This document shows, one piece after another, positions 9,783 through 19,046 of a stretch of DNA of 64,000 bases. The DNA comes from Candidatus Scybalomonas excrementigallinarum (GTDB lineage Bacteria; Bacillota; Clostridia; Lachnospirales; Lachnospiraceae). The stretch spans positions 3,142-67,141 of the forward strand of contig DVIZ01000074.1 of the NCBI GenBank assembly GCA_018710905.1, given 5' to 3'. The notes beneath the pieces are model-generated. The model was not told where the DNA came from and made no database searches. It saw only the letters and a program-made list of their open reading frames with translations. How positions within the stretch are numbered: the first letter of the stretch is position 1; each line of letters starts with the position of its first letter. The translations under genes were made by a program, and so were the position numbers.

Positions 9783-10984
9783 ACTTCCTCCTTTTCCTCT
9801 AATGGTAAGCTCACTTCAAAAATAGTACCATTTTCATCACTCTTCGCAGCAATCAAACCTTGATGCAACATAATAATATTTTTCGTAATCGCAAGTCCTA
9901 GCCCCGTTCCTCCTGTATTCAAAGAACGCGAAGACTCCACTCGATAAAATTTTTCAAATATTTTGTTCAAGTCACTTTTTGGTATAATTTGACCAAAATT
10001 TGTAATAGACACAATTGCCCAATTTCCCTTTACTTTTGTTTCGACAATAATTAATTTTCCATCGGAACCATATTTAATTGCATTGGAAAGCAAATTTCCA
10101 AATGCCCTTGCAAGCAACTCACCATCCGCCTGCAACTGAATATCCTCTTTCCATAAGTTTGAATGACATTCTAACATCTCATCTTGAAAACTTGGATAAA
10201 ACTCTTCTAATAATTGCTCTAAAAATCGATTTAATTCTAATGGACCTTTTCGAATCTTAATGCCATCTTTTGCATATCTTGTATAATCAAAAAGATCCAC
10301 AACTAAACTTTGCAAACGTTTTGCTTTGTCATAGACAATATGTAAATATTTGCTTTTTGTTTCACTCGGTATTTGTTCATCGTTTTTTAACAACTCTAAA
10401 TAACCAATAATGGAGGTGAGAGGCGTTCTCAAATCATGGGCAACATTGGTAATTAAATCATTCTTTGCTTTTTCTGCCATTCTCTCTTTTTCCATTAACT
10501 CTTTAACCGTATATCGCATTTCATTAATCGAATTTGCCATAACTGATAGTTCATCTTCATTTAAAACACGAATATTGGTATCAAAGTCACCATCTTTAAT
10601 TCTCTCCACTCCCATTTGAATTTCTCTTAGATAATTCACCATATTATGGGAAGCTAATATAAAATAGGCAGTAAAAAGGATGGTCGAAAACCCAATTAAA
10701 ATGAGAATATCCAACCAAATTGACCCAGTAAGACCAAATCCCTCATAAATCCTTCGATAGAGCTCCTTTTGAGAATCCACCGCTATCTGCTGCATAGATG
10801 AATTTTCTCTCATCTGCTGTATTTTCAAAAAATGATTCGACGACTGTCTATGATAAAGGAAAAACAAAAAAAGAATCATCGCATCAGTAGCAATCGTACA
10901 GATTAAACTGATTAGCGTATAAATTGCAATTTTTAAACGAAAACTTCGTATCAAATTTACTTTCTTATCTCGTTTAATCTTCAA
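9779..10984 (-). CDS. sensor histidine kinase (two TM helices, HAMP, HisKA, HATPase)
   Basis: H-box VAHDLRTPLTSI, N-box LLSNAIKYG and G-box GGTGLGLAI. Confidence 0.9.
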   Translation of the reverse strand: MKIKRDKKVNLIRSFRLKIAIYTLISLICTIATDAMILFLFFLYHRQSSNHFLKIQQMRENSSMQQIAVDSQKELYRRIYEGFGLTGSIWLDILILIGFSTILFTAYFILASHNMVNYLREIQMGVERIKDGDFDTNIRVLNEDELSVMANSINEMRYTVKELMEKERMAEKAKNDLITNVAHDLRTPLTSIIGYLELLKNDEQIPSETKSKYLHIVYDKAKRLQSLVVDLFDYTRYAKDGIKIRKGPLELNRFLEQLLEEFYPSFQDEMLECHSNLWKEDIQLQADGELLARAFGNLLSNAIKYGSDGKLIIVETKVKGNWAIVSITNFGQIIPKSDLNKIFEKFYRVESSRSLNTGGTGLGLAITKNIIMLHQGLIAAKSDENGTIFEVSLPLEEKEEV

Positions 10985-11678
10985 CTTTATAACCTACCCC
11001 CCAAACAGTTTTCAAAATCTGAGGACTCCTTGGATTATCCTCAATTTTTTCTCTCAATCGGCGGATATGTACCATAACGGTATTATTTACCTCATATACC
11101 TTTTCATTCCACACCCGTTCAAAAATTTCATCCGTTCCAAAAACTCTTCCTTTATTAGAAGCAAGCAAATATAAAATTTCAAACTCGATTGGTGTCAAAT
11201 TAACCTCTGCTCCATTTTTATGAACTTTATGCGCTTTGCGGTTAATCACTAAATCTTGAATTTCTAATACATCATCGTTTTGAGAATTTTCCATTCCAAC
11301 ATTTAAATTCGTATATCGTTTTAATTGAGATTTCACTCTCGCCATTAATTCTAATGGATTAAACGGCTTTGTCATATAGTCATCAGCACCCGTCCCAAAT
11401 CCAATAATTTTATCCATATCAGCTGCCTTTGCGCTGAGCATAATAATTGGAATATTGCTTGTCTTTCGAATTTTTCTACATACCTCTAATCCATCAATAT
11501 TCGGCATCATAATATCAAGAATAATTAATTTAATCTGCTTATTCTCTTCTAAAGTTTTTAAACATTCCTGCCCATCATATGCCTTAATCACATGATATCC
11601 ATCATTTGTTAAATAGATCTCTACTAATTCTGCAATTTCTTCATCATCATCTACAACTAAAATTGTTATATCTTTCAT
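10974..11678 (-). CDS. OmpR-family response regulator
   Basis: Receiver domain (VVDDD..., DIMMP, K in TKPF) plus a winged-helix C-terminus (VWGVGYK). Confidence 0.9.
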   Translation of the reverse strand: MKDITILVVDDDEEIAELVEIYLTNDGYHVIKAYDGQECLKTLEENKQIKLIILDIMMPNIDGLEVCRKIRKTSNIPIIMLSAKAADMDKIIGFGTGADDYMTKPFNPLELMARVKSQLKRYTNLNVGMENSQNDDVLEIQDLVINRKAHKVHKNGAEVNLTPIEFEILYLLASNKGRVFGTDEIFERVWNEKVYEVNNTVMVHIRRLREKIEDNPRSPQILKTVWGVGYKVED

Positions 11679-11841
11679 TTTCTCTCTCCTATTTTTATCT
11701 CTATTTCAGTATTAAAGACATATTTTATTCTTTTATTTTTAATACTATTGTACCATAAGAAATAATTTTATGTCTTTACAAAACTCTTACAATCCAAAAA
11801 ATTTCTCCTGACAAAAGCCTTTTTTCTACTTTATAATACGC

Positions 11842-11880
11842 AAAAATCTCTTGCATCTTTATTGAAGATACAAGAGATTT
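11842..11880 (-). terminator. intrinsic terminator after the desulfoferrodoxin gene
   Basis: Stem ATCTCTTG..CAAGAGAT, followed on the minus strand by TTTTTG. Confidence 0.7.
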
Positions 11881-11934
11881 CTGATAAGGTTTTCTTATTC
11901 TATCCTATTCGATACACGTTCTCTTCTTGATGCT

Positions 11935-12309
11935 TTAGATTTCTGTTTTCCAAAGTCCATGAAGATTGCAGTATTCATAAGCTGCAACTGGTGCATCAGA
12001 TTCTGTTAAAGCAAAAACAGCTTTTGGTTCTTGTCCTGGCTGTAATTTTTTTGTCTGGAATCCTTCTTTTGTTTCTAATACAATCCATTGAATAAAATGC
12101 TCTTCAAGCATTGGATGTGCGACAGAACCGACACAAACTGTTACTTTATTTCCATCAACCTCTACCGCTGGAACGTGTTTTTCTGCTGCCCCATCAGATG
12201 TACCTGCAACAAGCTCTTTCATTTTAGAACCACAGCACATAACTGGCACCCCAGATTCTTTTAAATGTGTAATAATATTTCCACATGTTTCGCATACATA
12301 AAACTTCAT
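11935..12309 (-). CDS. dfx: desulfoferrodoxin (superoxide reductase)
   Basis: N-terminal desulforedoxin Cys motif (CETCGN...CCG). The neelaredoxin domain carries EKHVP, HPM.EEH and CNLHGLW. Confidence 0.9.
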   Translation of the reverse strand: MKFYVCETCGNIITHLKESGVPVMCCGSKMKELVAGTSDGAAEKHVPAVEVDGNKVTVCVGSVAHPMLEEHFIQWIVLETKEGFQTKKLQPGQEPKAVFALTESDAPVAAYEYCNLHGLWKTEI

Positions 12310-12449
12310 AGTCTATTACCTCCTTTTTCTACTACTATGATTATAAGACTTTTTTTCTCATTTGTATAGAGTCGATTTGCTTTTTCTACAAAATAATAAT
12401 TTTAAAGAAAATATTCAAAAAAATAAACCTCTATATAATTTTTTTAACA

Positions 12450-12494
12450 AAAAAACGATGAGAAGTTGGCAAAGTGTGCTTCTCATCGTTTTTA
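12450..12494 (-). terminator. intrinsic terminator
   Basis: AAAAAACGATGAGAAG ... CTTCTCATCGTTTTT hairpin. Confidence 0.7.
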
Positions 12495-12520
12495 TTTATC
12501 GTTCTATTATTTGATTATGA

Positions 12521-12952
12521 TTAGTCCCATTGTTCTACTAGTTCTTCCGGAAAACCTGCCTGTATTGTTAGAAGAGTACGCACTTCTTTTCGAATATTAT
12601 ACGTGGATTCTCGATACTTCATAAAGCCATGTTCCCCAAAAACATCAAGACATAAATATAAATAAGAACGTTGCAAGTATTGTGGTAACTGGTTAAAAAA
12701 AGCAGTCACTTTTTTCGTATCATCTTCTGCATAAATCAAAGTAAATACCCAATAGACAACGACCGATGGTTTATATTCCACCAGTAACAGACTTCTTTCT
12801 GGCGCTTTCATAATCTGCTGTATCTTTTGTTCCAAATACAAATAATCTTCTTTTGTAATTGGAATATCACAGATACGTTCTACCTGATTCATTTGAGCGT
12901 CCAAATAGTTTTGAATTTCATCCAACCGTTTTCCTTCAAATAAAAATCCCAT
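12521..12952 (-). CDS. hypothetical protein
   Basis: ATG at 12952 lies 7 nt after AAGGAGGG. No recognisable motifs. Confidence 0.5.
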   Translation of the reverse strand: MGFLFEGKRLDEIQNYLDAQMNQVERICDIPITKEDYLYLEQKIQQIMKAPERSLLLVEYKPSVVVYWVFTLIYAEDDTKKVTAFFNQLPQYLQRSYLYLCLDVFGEHGFMKYRESTYNIRKEVRTLLTIQAGFPEELVEQWD

Positions 12953-13117
12953 GCCTAATCCCTCCTTAACTCTTTTTTTCATTATACAACTTTTTCTGCA
13001 TAAAGTAAAATAGGAAACTAGTGTGTTTTTTATGGATAAAAAACGAATTTTACTACAAAAAAAAACTGTTATAGGTTTCCTACAACAATTCTTATTTTTG
13101 ATTATTCTATTTCTTTA

Positions 13118-13474
13118 CAACACCATGAGTTGGACGATAAGCCGGGTTATGTCGAGAATGATCATCTATCTAGCCTTGCTGTCACCAACAAGATCAAGCG
13201 ACCTACCTGTAAGCACGACGGGCAGCCGTATCGCTCACGTTTTGGTCTTGCTTCGAGTGGGGTTTACAGAGCCTGTCCTGTTACCAGTCCAGCGGTGAGC
13301 TCTTACCTCGCCTTTCCACCCTTACCAGTAAAACTGGCGGTTTATTTCTGTTGCACTAGCCTGGGAGTCGCCTCCACCAGACGTTATCTGGCACCCTGCC
13401 CTATGAAGCCCGGACTTTCCTCACCTGCGACCTTTCGGTACTTGCAGCCGCGATCATTTATCCAACTCACGGTG
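13118..13474 (-). ncRNA. rnpB: RNase P RNA (bacterial, Firmicutes type B-like)
   Basis: The minus strand reads GAGGAAAGTCCGGGCTTCATAGGGCAGGGTGCCAG, the universal P4 region. A P1 helix is formed by CACCGTGAGTTGGA (5') and TCCAACTCATGGTG (3'). The GC-rich island generates spurious plus-strand ORFs. A promoter TGGACA-17-TAGAAT lies at 13478..13506. Confidence 0.9.
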
Positions 13475-13601
13475 AACATTCTAGCATGAATTTTTTATTC
13501 TGTCCAGCATTATTTTTTACAGTATAAAAAATTTTATTTCCTATCCTATAAAAAAGTACTTTGTACAGACAATAGGCGATTCACACACGTTATTTTTTCT
13601 A

Positions 13602-15263
13602 TTAATTTGGTTTATAAGAACTCTTCATAGATACAATACGGTTAAATACAAGTTTATCTTCTGTTGTATCTTTTGTATCTACGCAGAAATAACCTTGACG
13701 AACAAACTGGAAACTATCTCCTTTTTGAGCATCTTTTAATGCTGGTTCTAAATAGCATTTCTTAAGAACCGTTAAAGAATTTGGATTTAAATTCAAAGAT
13801 CCATCCTCATTATAAACACCTTGTTCTTCATCAATAATATTTTCATAAAGACGAACTTCCGCTTCCACTGCATATGGTGCTGGAACCCAATGAATCGTTC
13901 CTTTTACTTTACGTCCTGTAAAACCAGATCCACTTCTTGTTTCTGGATCATACGTACAATGAATTTCTGTTACATTTCCATTTTCATCCGTAATATAGTC
14001 TTGGCAAGTAACAAAGTAAGCATTCATTAAACGTACTTCATTCCCTGGGTATAGGCGGAAATATTTTTTTGGTGGTTCGATTTTAAAGTCATCTCTATCG
14101 ATATAAAGTTCACGGCAGAAAGGAACTTTTCTCGTACCCATTTCTTCATTTTCTGGATTATTAGAGGCGTCCATATATTCTACTTGACCTTCTGGATAGT
14201 TTGTAATAACAACTTTAATCGGATCAAGAACTGCCATTAATCTTGGTTTTTTCATTTTTAAATCTTCACGGATACAGTATTCAAGCATCGCATAGTCAAC
14301 AGAACTATTCGCTTTGGAAACACCTACAAGCTCCATAAACATTTTTAAAGATTCTCTCGTAAACCCACGTCTTCTTAATGCGCTAAGTGTTACAAGCCTT
14401 GGATCATCCCATCCATCTACAATTCCATCTTCCACTAAACGTTTGATATAACGTTTTCCAGTGATCACATTTTGTAAATATAATTTTGCAAATTCAATCT
14501 GTTTTGGTGGATGAACAAATTCACATTCTTCTACAACCCAATTATAAAGAGGTCTATGATCTTCAAACTCTAATGTACAAATAGAGTGTGTAATTCCTTC
14601 AATCGCATCTTCAATTGGATGAGCAAAATCATACATTGGATAAATACACCATTTATCGCCTGTGTTATGATGATGCATTCTAGCAACACGATAAATAATT
14701 GGATCACGCATGTTGATATTTGGTGATGCCATATCGATTTTTGCACGAAGAACACGAGAGCCATCTTCAAATTCACCGTTTTTCATTTTTTCAAACAATT
14801 CTAAGTTCTCTTCCACAGAACGATCGCGGTATGGACTATTTTTTCCTGGTTCTGTTAAAGTACCACGATATTCGCGGATTTCTTCTGGTGTTAAATCGCA
14901 GACATATGCCTTTCCTTTTTTAATTAACTTTACAGCATACTCATACATTTGTTCAAAATAATTAGAGGCGTAGTACAAATGATCGCTCACATCGCCTACT
15001 AACCATTCCACATCTTCTAAAATAGAGTGAACGAACTCTGTTTTTTCTTTTGTTGGATTTGTATCATCAAAACGGACATTAAATACTCCATTATATTTTT
15101 TTGCTAATCCATAGTTTAATAAAATTGATTTTGCATGACCAATATGGAGATATCCATTTGGCTCTGGAGGGAAACGAGTTACGACATTCTCATAAGTTCC
15201 TTCTTCTAAATCTTTATCAATAATCTGTTCAATAAAATTTTTGGAAACTACTTCATTTTCCAT
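13602..15263 (-). CDS. glnS: glutamine--tRNA ligase
   Basis: HIGH motif (LHIGHAKS). The GWDDPRL..L..LRRRG block is typical of GlnRS, as is the 553-aa length. Confidence 0.9.
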   Translation of the reverse strand: MENEVVSKNFIEQIIDKDLEEGTYENVVTRFPPEPNGYLHIGHAKSILLNYGLAKKYNGVFNVRFDDTNPTKEKTEFVHSILEDVEWLVGDVSDHLYYASNYFEQMYEYAVKLIKKGKAYVCDLTPEEIREYRGTLTEPGKNSPYRDRSVEENLELFEKMKNGEFEDGSRVLRAKIDMASPNINMRDPIIYRVARMHHHNTGDKWCIYPMYDFAHPIEDAIEGITHSICTLEFEDHRPLYNWVVEECEFVHPPKQIEFAKLYLQNVITGKRYIKRLVEDGIVDGWDDPRLVTLSALRRRGFTRESLKMFMELVGVSKANSSVDYAMLEYCIREDLKMKKPRLMAVLDPIKVVITNYPEGQVEYMDASNNPENEEMGTRKVPFCRELYIDRDDFKIEPPKKYFRLYPGNEVRLMNAYFVTCQDYITDENGNVTEIHCTYDPETRSGSGFTGRKVKGTIHWVPAPYAVEAEVRLYENIIDEEQGVYNEDGSLNLNPNSLTVLKKCYLEPALKDAQKGDSFQFVRQGYFCVDTKDTTEDKLVFNRIVSMKSSYKPN

Positions 15264-15380
15264 TTATTTTTCCTCCCGTTATATCATTTTAAAACGATTT
15301 CTTTCTTTTTTATAGTATAGTATATAATATCATAACATGCTATAATTTGTCCACATAGAATCCAAGTTCTTATTTTCCTT

Positions 15381-16100
15381 TCAAAAAATGGCTTGAGACA
15401 TAACATCTCCAAAGCTATCTTGAATACAAAGATCCGCACGGGAATCCATTGGAGTGGCTGTCTTATTAATTAATACTAAATGACTTCCTTGATAATAATG
15501 AATCAGTCCTGCTGCTGGATAAACAGCAAGGGAAGTTCCACCTACAATTAACATATCAGCTTCCTTTATAGCTCGAATCGCTCCTTCCATTGTCTTTTGA
15601 TCAAGACTTTCTTCATAAAGGACTACATCAGGCTTAATTCTTCCTCCACATTCACAAGTTGGAATTCCTTGGCTTTTTTGTATGTCTTGTGCGGAATAAA
15701 ATTTTCCACAACGCTGGCAGTAATTTCTAAGCACAGAACCATGCAATTCATATACCACTTTATTTCCCGCCTTTTGATGGAGACCATCGATATTTTGTGT
15801 TACGACAGCAGTTAATTTTCCCATCTCTTCTAGTTTTGCCAAAGCTAAGTGTCCTTTATTCGGTTTTGCATCTAAATATAACATTTTATCTCGATAAAAT
15901 CGGAAAAATTCATCTGGATGTCTCATATAAAAACTATGACTTAGAATTTCTTCTGGAGAACGATCGTATTTTTGATTATATAACCCATCCACACTTCGAA
16001 AATCTGGAATCCCACTTTCTGTTGAAATCCCTGCGCCTCCAAAAAACACAATCTTTTTTGACTCTTTTATCCAACTTTTTAGTTGCTCTATTTGATTCAT
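15381..16100 (-). CDS. cobB: NAD-dependent protein deacylase (sirtuin, CobB-type)
   Basis: GAGIS, QNIDGLH and a Zn ribbon CQRCG...CECGG. ATG at 16100 lies 8 nt after AAGGAG. Confidence 0.85.
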   Translation of the reverse strand: MNQIEQLKSWIKESKKIVFFGGAGISTESGIPDFRSVDGLYNQKYDRSPEEILSHSFYMRHPDEFFRFYRDKMLYLDAKPNKGHLALAKLEEMGKLTAVVTQNIDGLHQKAGNKVVYELHGSVLRNYCQRCGKFYSAQDIQKSQGIPTCECGGRIKPDVVLYEESLDQKTMEGAIRAIKEADMLIVGGTSLAVYPAAGLIHYYQGSHLVLINKTATPMDSRADLCIQDSFGDVMSQAIF

Positions 16101-16159
16101 CCCAAACACTCCTTACTTTTTTCCTAATGTAATACCATTTCTTTCCATTTATTTTTTTC

Positions 16160-16582
16160 TTATTTTTCTTCTAGTAAATTGAAAAAGACTTGATAAATTT
16201 CTGGATTTTCTCTTTTTAAAGAGATTGGCTTATATTCCCTATTTAAAAATCCATGGGAAGATTGTCCAATGGCTCTTAACTCCCCTGTTTTTACATCTTT
16301 TATTTCATACTCCACAATCATCTTAATTCCATTGAACTTTACAAGATGAGGAATGATATAAACTTCTTCCCCATAACGAACCATAGAACGATAACGACAT
16401 TGCACTTCTAAAACAGGACTAATCACTCCTGTTTCTTCCATTTTATCATATCCAAATCCCGCCTGCTCTAAATACCAACTTCTCGCCTCTTCAAACCAAC
16501 GAATATAATTGGAATGATGTACAATCTTCATCTGATCCGTTTCATAGTATTGTACTAAATGTTTATAATATTGTTGTTCCAT
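16160..16582 (-). CDS. acyl-CoA thioesterase (hotdog fold, YbgC/4HBT-like)
   Basis: V.YYETDQMKIVHHSNYIRWFEEAR motif. ATG at 16582 follows AAGAGGAA. Confidence 0.75.
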   Translation of the reverse strand: MEQQYYKHLVQYYETDQMKIVHHSNYIRWFEEARSWYLEQAGFGYDKMEETGVISPVLEVQCRYRSMVRYGEEVYIIPHLVKFNGIKMIVEYEIKDVKTGELRAIGQSSHGFLNREYKPISLKRENPEIYQVFFNLLEEK

Positions 16583-16810
16583 ACAAGTTCCTCTTTTCTT
16601 TTTCACTTTTTCTTTGGAAGTTTTATTCCATTTCTTATATTTTATCATAACACAAAAGAAACATATGCTCCATTCTAATCGAACAATTTTCTTTGTTCTT
16701 TTTTGGAGTATATGTTTCTTTTTTACGCAAAGGCAACCATAGGAAACTTATAAAACGTGTTTCTCATCGCCACTAAAACTGCGTTTACTATGTAACTTTT
16801 GAAATCCTTT

Positions 16811-17032
16811 TTAAGCAGATTCTTTTTTTGCAATCATTTTCATAGCATCGTCCACTGAAATGTTTTGTTCTTGTAACAACTGATACAATTCTTTCATTTC
16901 ATTTTTACATTTTTGTTCTAAAATAGCCTCCTTCTCCTCTTTTAACTTATTCATTCTTTGTTGACATCTCTCCATTTGTTGTTCTACAATACTCAATTGT
17001 TCTTCATAACTTCTTCTAGCGCCTCTTGCCAT
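16811..17032 (-). CDS. small coiled-coil protein; function unknown
   Basis: 73 aa with a heptad-rich Glu/Lys/Gln composition. No recognised motif. Confidence 0.45.
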   Translation of the reverse strand: MARGARRSYEEQLSIVEQQMERCQQRMNKLKEEKEAILEQKCKNEMKELYQLLQEQNISVDDAMKMIAKKESA

Positions 17033-17201
17033 TCTTTTTCCTCCTTCTATTCTTTACCACATAATTTTTTTCAAAAAAACTTGTCTTCTTTCTTAATATA
17101 TGATGCTTGTATGAAAAATATTCCAAAATTTTCTCTTTTGTATTAAGACTTTTTATTGACAAAAAAAGAAATATATAGTATATTAGTTAAGTCGTTAAGA
17201 T

Positions 17202-17274
17202 GCTGCTATAGCTCAGTAGGTAGAGCGCAACATTGGTAGTGTTGAGGTCACGGGTTCGATTCCCGTTAGTAGCT
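17202..17274 (+). tRNA. tRNA-Thr (anticodon GGU)
   Basis: Hand-folded cloverleaf: acceptor GCTGCTA/TAGTAGC, D arm GCTC..GAGC, anticodon arm CAACA-TTGGTAG-TGTTG and T arm ACGGG-TTCGATT-CCCGT. Confidence 0.9.
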
Positions 17275-17343
17275 TTCTAAAAACCAGTATTTATGCGAGT
17301 TTGTAAGCTTCATAAATTTTAGGTATCCAAAGACCTTATTAAG

Positions 17344-17386
17344 AAGAGATGTTTAAGTGTAATTTAAACTATCTCTTATTTTTTTG
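17344..17386 (+). terminator. intrinsic terminator after tRNA-Thr
   Basis: Stem AAGAGAT / ATCTCTT followed by a T-run. Confidence 0.6.
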
Positions 17387-17424
17387 CAATTTTATATTTT
17401 TTTGATAGTTTATTTATTCTATTT

Positions 17425-17575
17425 TTATAATCCCACAATCTTGTTGATGATTTCCGTCTTATGTTGTTCAGTCTTCCTATCTTTATAATAATGCCCTTTT
17501 GTTGTTTTTATGTCTGCATGTCTCATCTACGAGATAACGAAAGATTCATCTACACCACTTCCATTATTGCTTTAC
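17425..17575 (-). pseudogene. tyrosine recombinase (integrase) C-terminal remnant
   Basis: The minus-strand translation reads ...NGSGVDESFVIS*MRHADIKTTKGHYYKDRK...IVGL*. This matches the (L)GHADIKTT..Y.. tail that holds the catalytic Tyr. It contains in-frame stops and has no upstream catalytic core. Confidence 0.45.
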
Positions 17576-17665
17576 CTGCGGTTGGATCTTTGGAACCGCT
17601 GGCATTATAAAAGTCTCTGTTCACGCGTCTTCCCCTTTCCTTTATTTATTTCCATCCATTTCCTA

Positions 17666-17699
17666 TTGCATATTTGTTACAAAATTGTTACAATTTTGT
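17666..17699 (+). promoter_or_regulatory. sigma-70-type promoter (TTGCAT-17-TACAAT) overlapped by a perfect 10-1-10 palindrome
   Basis: TTGCAT is at 17666-17671 and TACAAT at 17689-17694. The palindrome ACAAAATTGT-T-ACAATTTTGT spans 17679-17699. Confidence 0.6.
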
Positions 17700-17741
17700 T
17701 GTACTTAGCTAATACAAATACAAAATAAGGAGGACGAAACT

Positions 17742-17807
17742 ATGTGTTTTAATTTCAATAGCTGTTCCGAGTTATTCCAGTATATCTGTAGCTTATTAAG
17801 CTGCTAA
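17742..17807 (+). CDS. 21-aa Cys-rich micro-ORF (MCFNFNSCSELFQYICSLLSC)
   Basis: Too short to appear in the ORF track. AAGGAGG (17727-17733) lies 8 nt before the ATG. A promoter lies upstream and a terminator immediately downstream. Confidence 0.45.
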   Translation: MCFNFNSCSELFQYICSLLSC

Positions 17808-17813
17808 TTATCT

Positions 17814-17843
17814 GCCCCAGAGAATATCTGGGGCTTTTTTTCT
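17814..17843 (+). terminator. intrinsic terminator after the micro-ORF
   Basis: Stem CCCCAGA / TCTGGGG with loop GAATA, followed by CTTTTTTT. Confidence 0.75.
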
Positions 17844-17987
17844 GTTCTTTTTTAACTCTTGTTCTTATTAAACCATCGTATTTCTATCATTCCTGTTTTC
17901 TATTATATCTCTCTTCTCTTTAAAATTTAATCATTTCTTTATTTTTTGAATTAAGAGGCCACCTTACATTTCGGTAGCCTCTTTTTA

Positions 17988-18755
17988 TTATATTTTACTT
18001 GTATGATCTAGGCGAATCCAATCAACTCCAGACTTTAATTTTCCCCATCCATTTTTCTCCTCTACAATTGTATACACATCTCCATACTTAACTTGTTTGT
18101 TTATTTTATATTTTGTTCCTGCTCCATTTCTAACGTTTAAAGTGTTCGCAGTAATTTTAGCCAAATAAGGAACTTTGTTAGTTTCTATAGGATTAGAAGC
18201 AATCGTATTACTTAAAGCTTTATTTAATATCCCCTCAACAATGGCTTTTGCACATACTTTCGGCTCCCATTTATCGGCATCATCTTTATCATCTACAAAG
18301 CAACATTCGATCAGTAATGCTGGGCTTTTTGTATATTTAAGAACATACAATGATTGATCATATTTTGTACCTCTATTTTGAATTCCTAACGCTTTTGTAA
18401 TCTTCGAACAAATACGTCCCGAAACTTCCGCAGTCTCCTCGCTATAATTCCACACTTCTACGCCACCAATAGAACCATCTCCTTGATAATCGTTGTGCCC
18501 TGAATTTAAGTGAATGGAAATATCAAGGTCAACTTTGTGAGCGTTGCATTTCTTTACAATCTTAGATAAGCACCCATCTTGTGTTGTATTCTCGCTACAA
18601 GTACAATCATATACTGTATGCCCTTGCGCTTTTAATAATCGAATCACTTCATCCTTAACAATTCTGTTTTCTACGGACTCCTTTAAAAGTCCTACCGCTC
18701 CGTATGCTCCTTGATCTTGTGGACAATGACCTGCATGCACATTATATTTTGCCAT
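17988..18755 (-). CDS. N-acetylmuramoyl-L-alanine amidase (Amidase_3) with C-terminal SH3-like wall-binding domain; endolysin-type
   Basis: MAKYNVHAGH..., SIHLNSG and ..ECCFVDD are zinc-amidase motifs. The C-terminal LNVRNGAGTKY...GWGKL matches SH3_3. There is no signal peptide. ATG at 18755 follows an AAGGAAG SD. Confidence 0.8.
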   Translation of the reverse strand: MAKYNVHAGHCPQDQGAYGAVGLLKESVENRIVKDEVIRLLKAQGHTVYDCTCSENTTQDGCLSKIVKKCNAHKVDLDISIHLNSGHNDYQGDGSIGGVEVWNYSEETAEVSGRICSKITKALGIQNRGTKYDQSLYVLKYTKSPALLIECCFVDDKDDADKWEPKVCAKAIVEGILNKALSNTIASNPIETNKVPYLAKITANTLNVRNGAGTKYKINKQVKYGDVYTIVEEKNGWGKLKSGVDWIRLDHTSKI

Positions 18756-18956
18756 AATACCTCTTCCTTTCTCTGAATAAGAGGCTCTATACAAAAAAGG
18801 GCCTCTAGATCTTATTTTATTCTTCTAAGTATAATTATGCTCTTTACACCGTAAACAAATTTCTTTGTAGTTTTCTACACTTCGTACTTCTTTGCTTACT
18901 GTATCTTCTGGAGCCATTCTTTCAGCAACCATAGATATATCAAAACATTCTGAATC

Positions 18957-18993
18957 GGATGGATGACTCGCCTTGCGAGGAATTTCCTATAAC
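18957..18993. repeat. 36-nt nested-hairpin repeat, copy 2 (left arm degraded)
   Basis: GACTCGCCTTGCGAGGAATTTCCTATAAC is identical to copy 3 over 29 nt. Confidence 0.7.
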
Positions 18994-18994
18994 A

Positions 18995-19039
18995 TAAAAA
19001 CTGGTGCAAAAGTAGATATTCCCTCTACTTTTGCACCAG
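18995..19039 (-). terminator. intrinsic terminator after the Sel1-repeat gene
   Basis: 15-bp stem CTGGTGCAAAAGTAG / CTACTTTTGCACCAG with a U-tract on the minus strand. Confidence 0.8.
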
Positions 19040-19046
19040 TCTCTTT

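Noticed and set aside
12310-12450. PerR/Fur-like box upstream of desulfoferrodoxin (AAAATAATAATTTTAAA)
   Set aside because: It is only a loose AT-rich resemblance to TTATAATNATTATAA, which is indistinguishable from background in this AT-rich intergenic DNA.
13023-13489. Plus-strand ORFs of 91 and 119 aa
   Set aside because: They overlap the GC-rich RNase P RNA gene on the opposite strand, so the open frames are a by-product of RNA-gene composition.
15381-16100. SIR2-domain protein as a defence effector (Thoeris- or DSR-like)
   Set aside because: It is a short (239-aa) canonical sirtuin with a Zn ribbon and QNIDGLH motif, with no fused sensor domains or partner genes. It fits CobB-type deacylase.
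18825-18932. 35-codon minus-strand ORF (MVAERMAPEDTVSKEVRSVENYKEICLRCKEHNYT) upstream of the amidase, considered as a holin
   Set aside because: It has no transmembrane segment and no convincing SD. It is probably a gene fragment within the decayed element.
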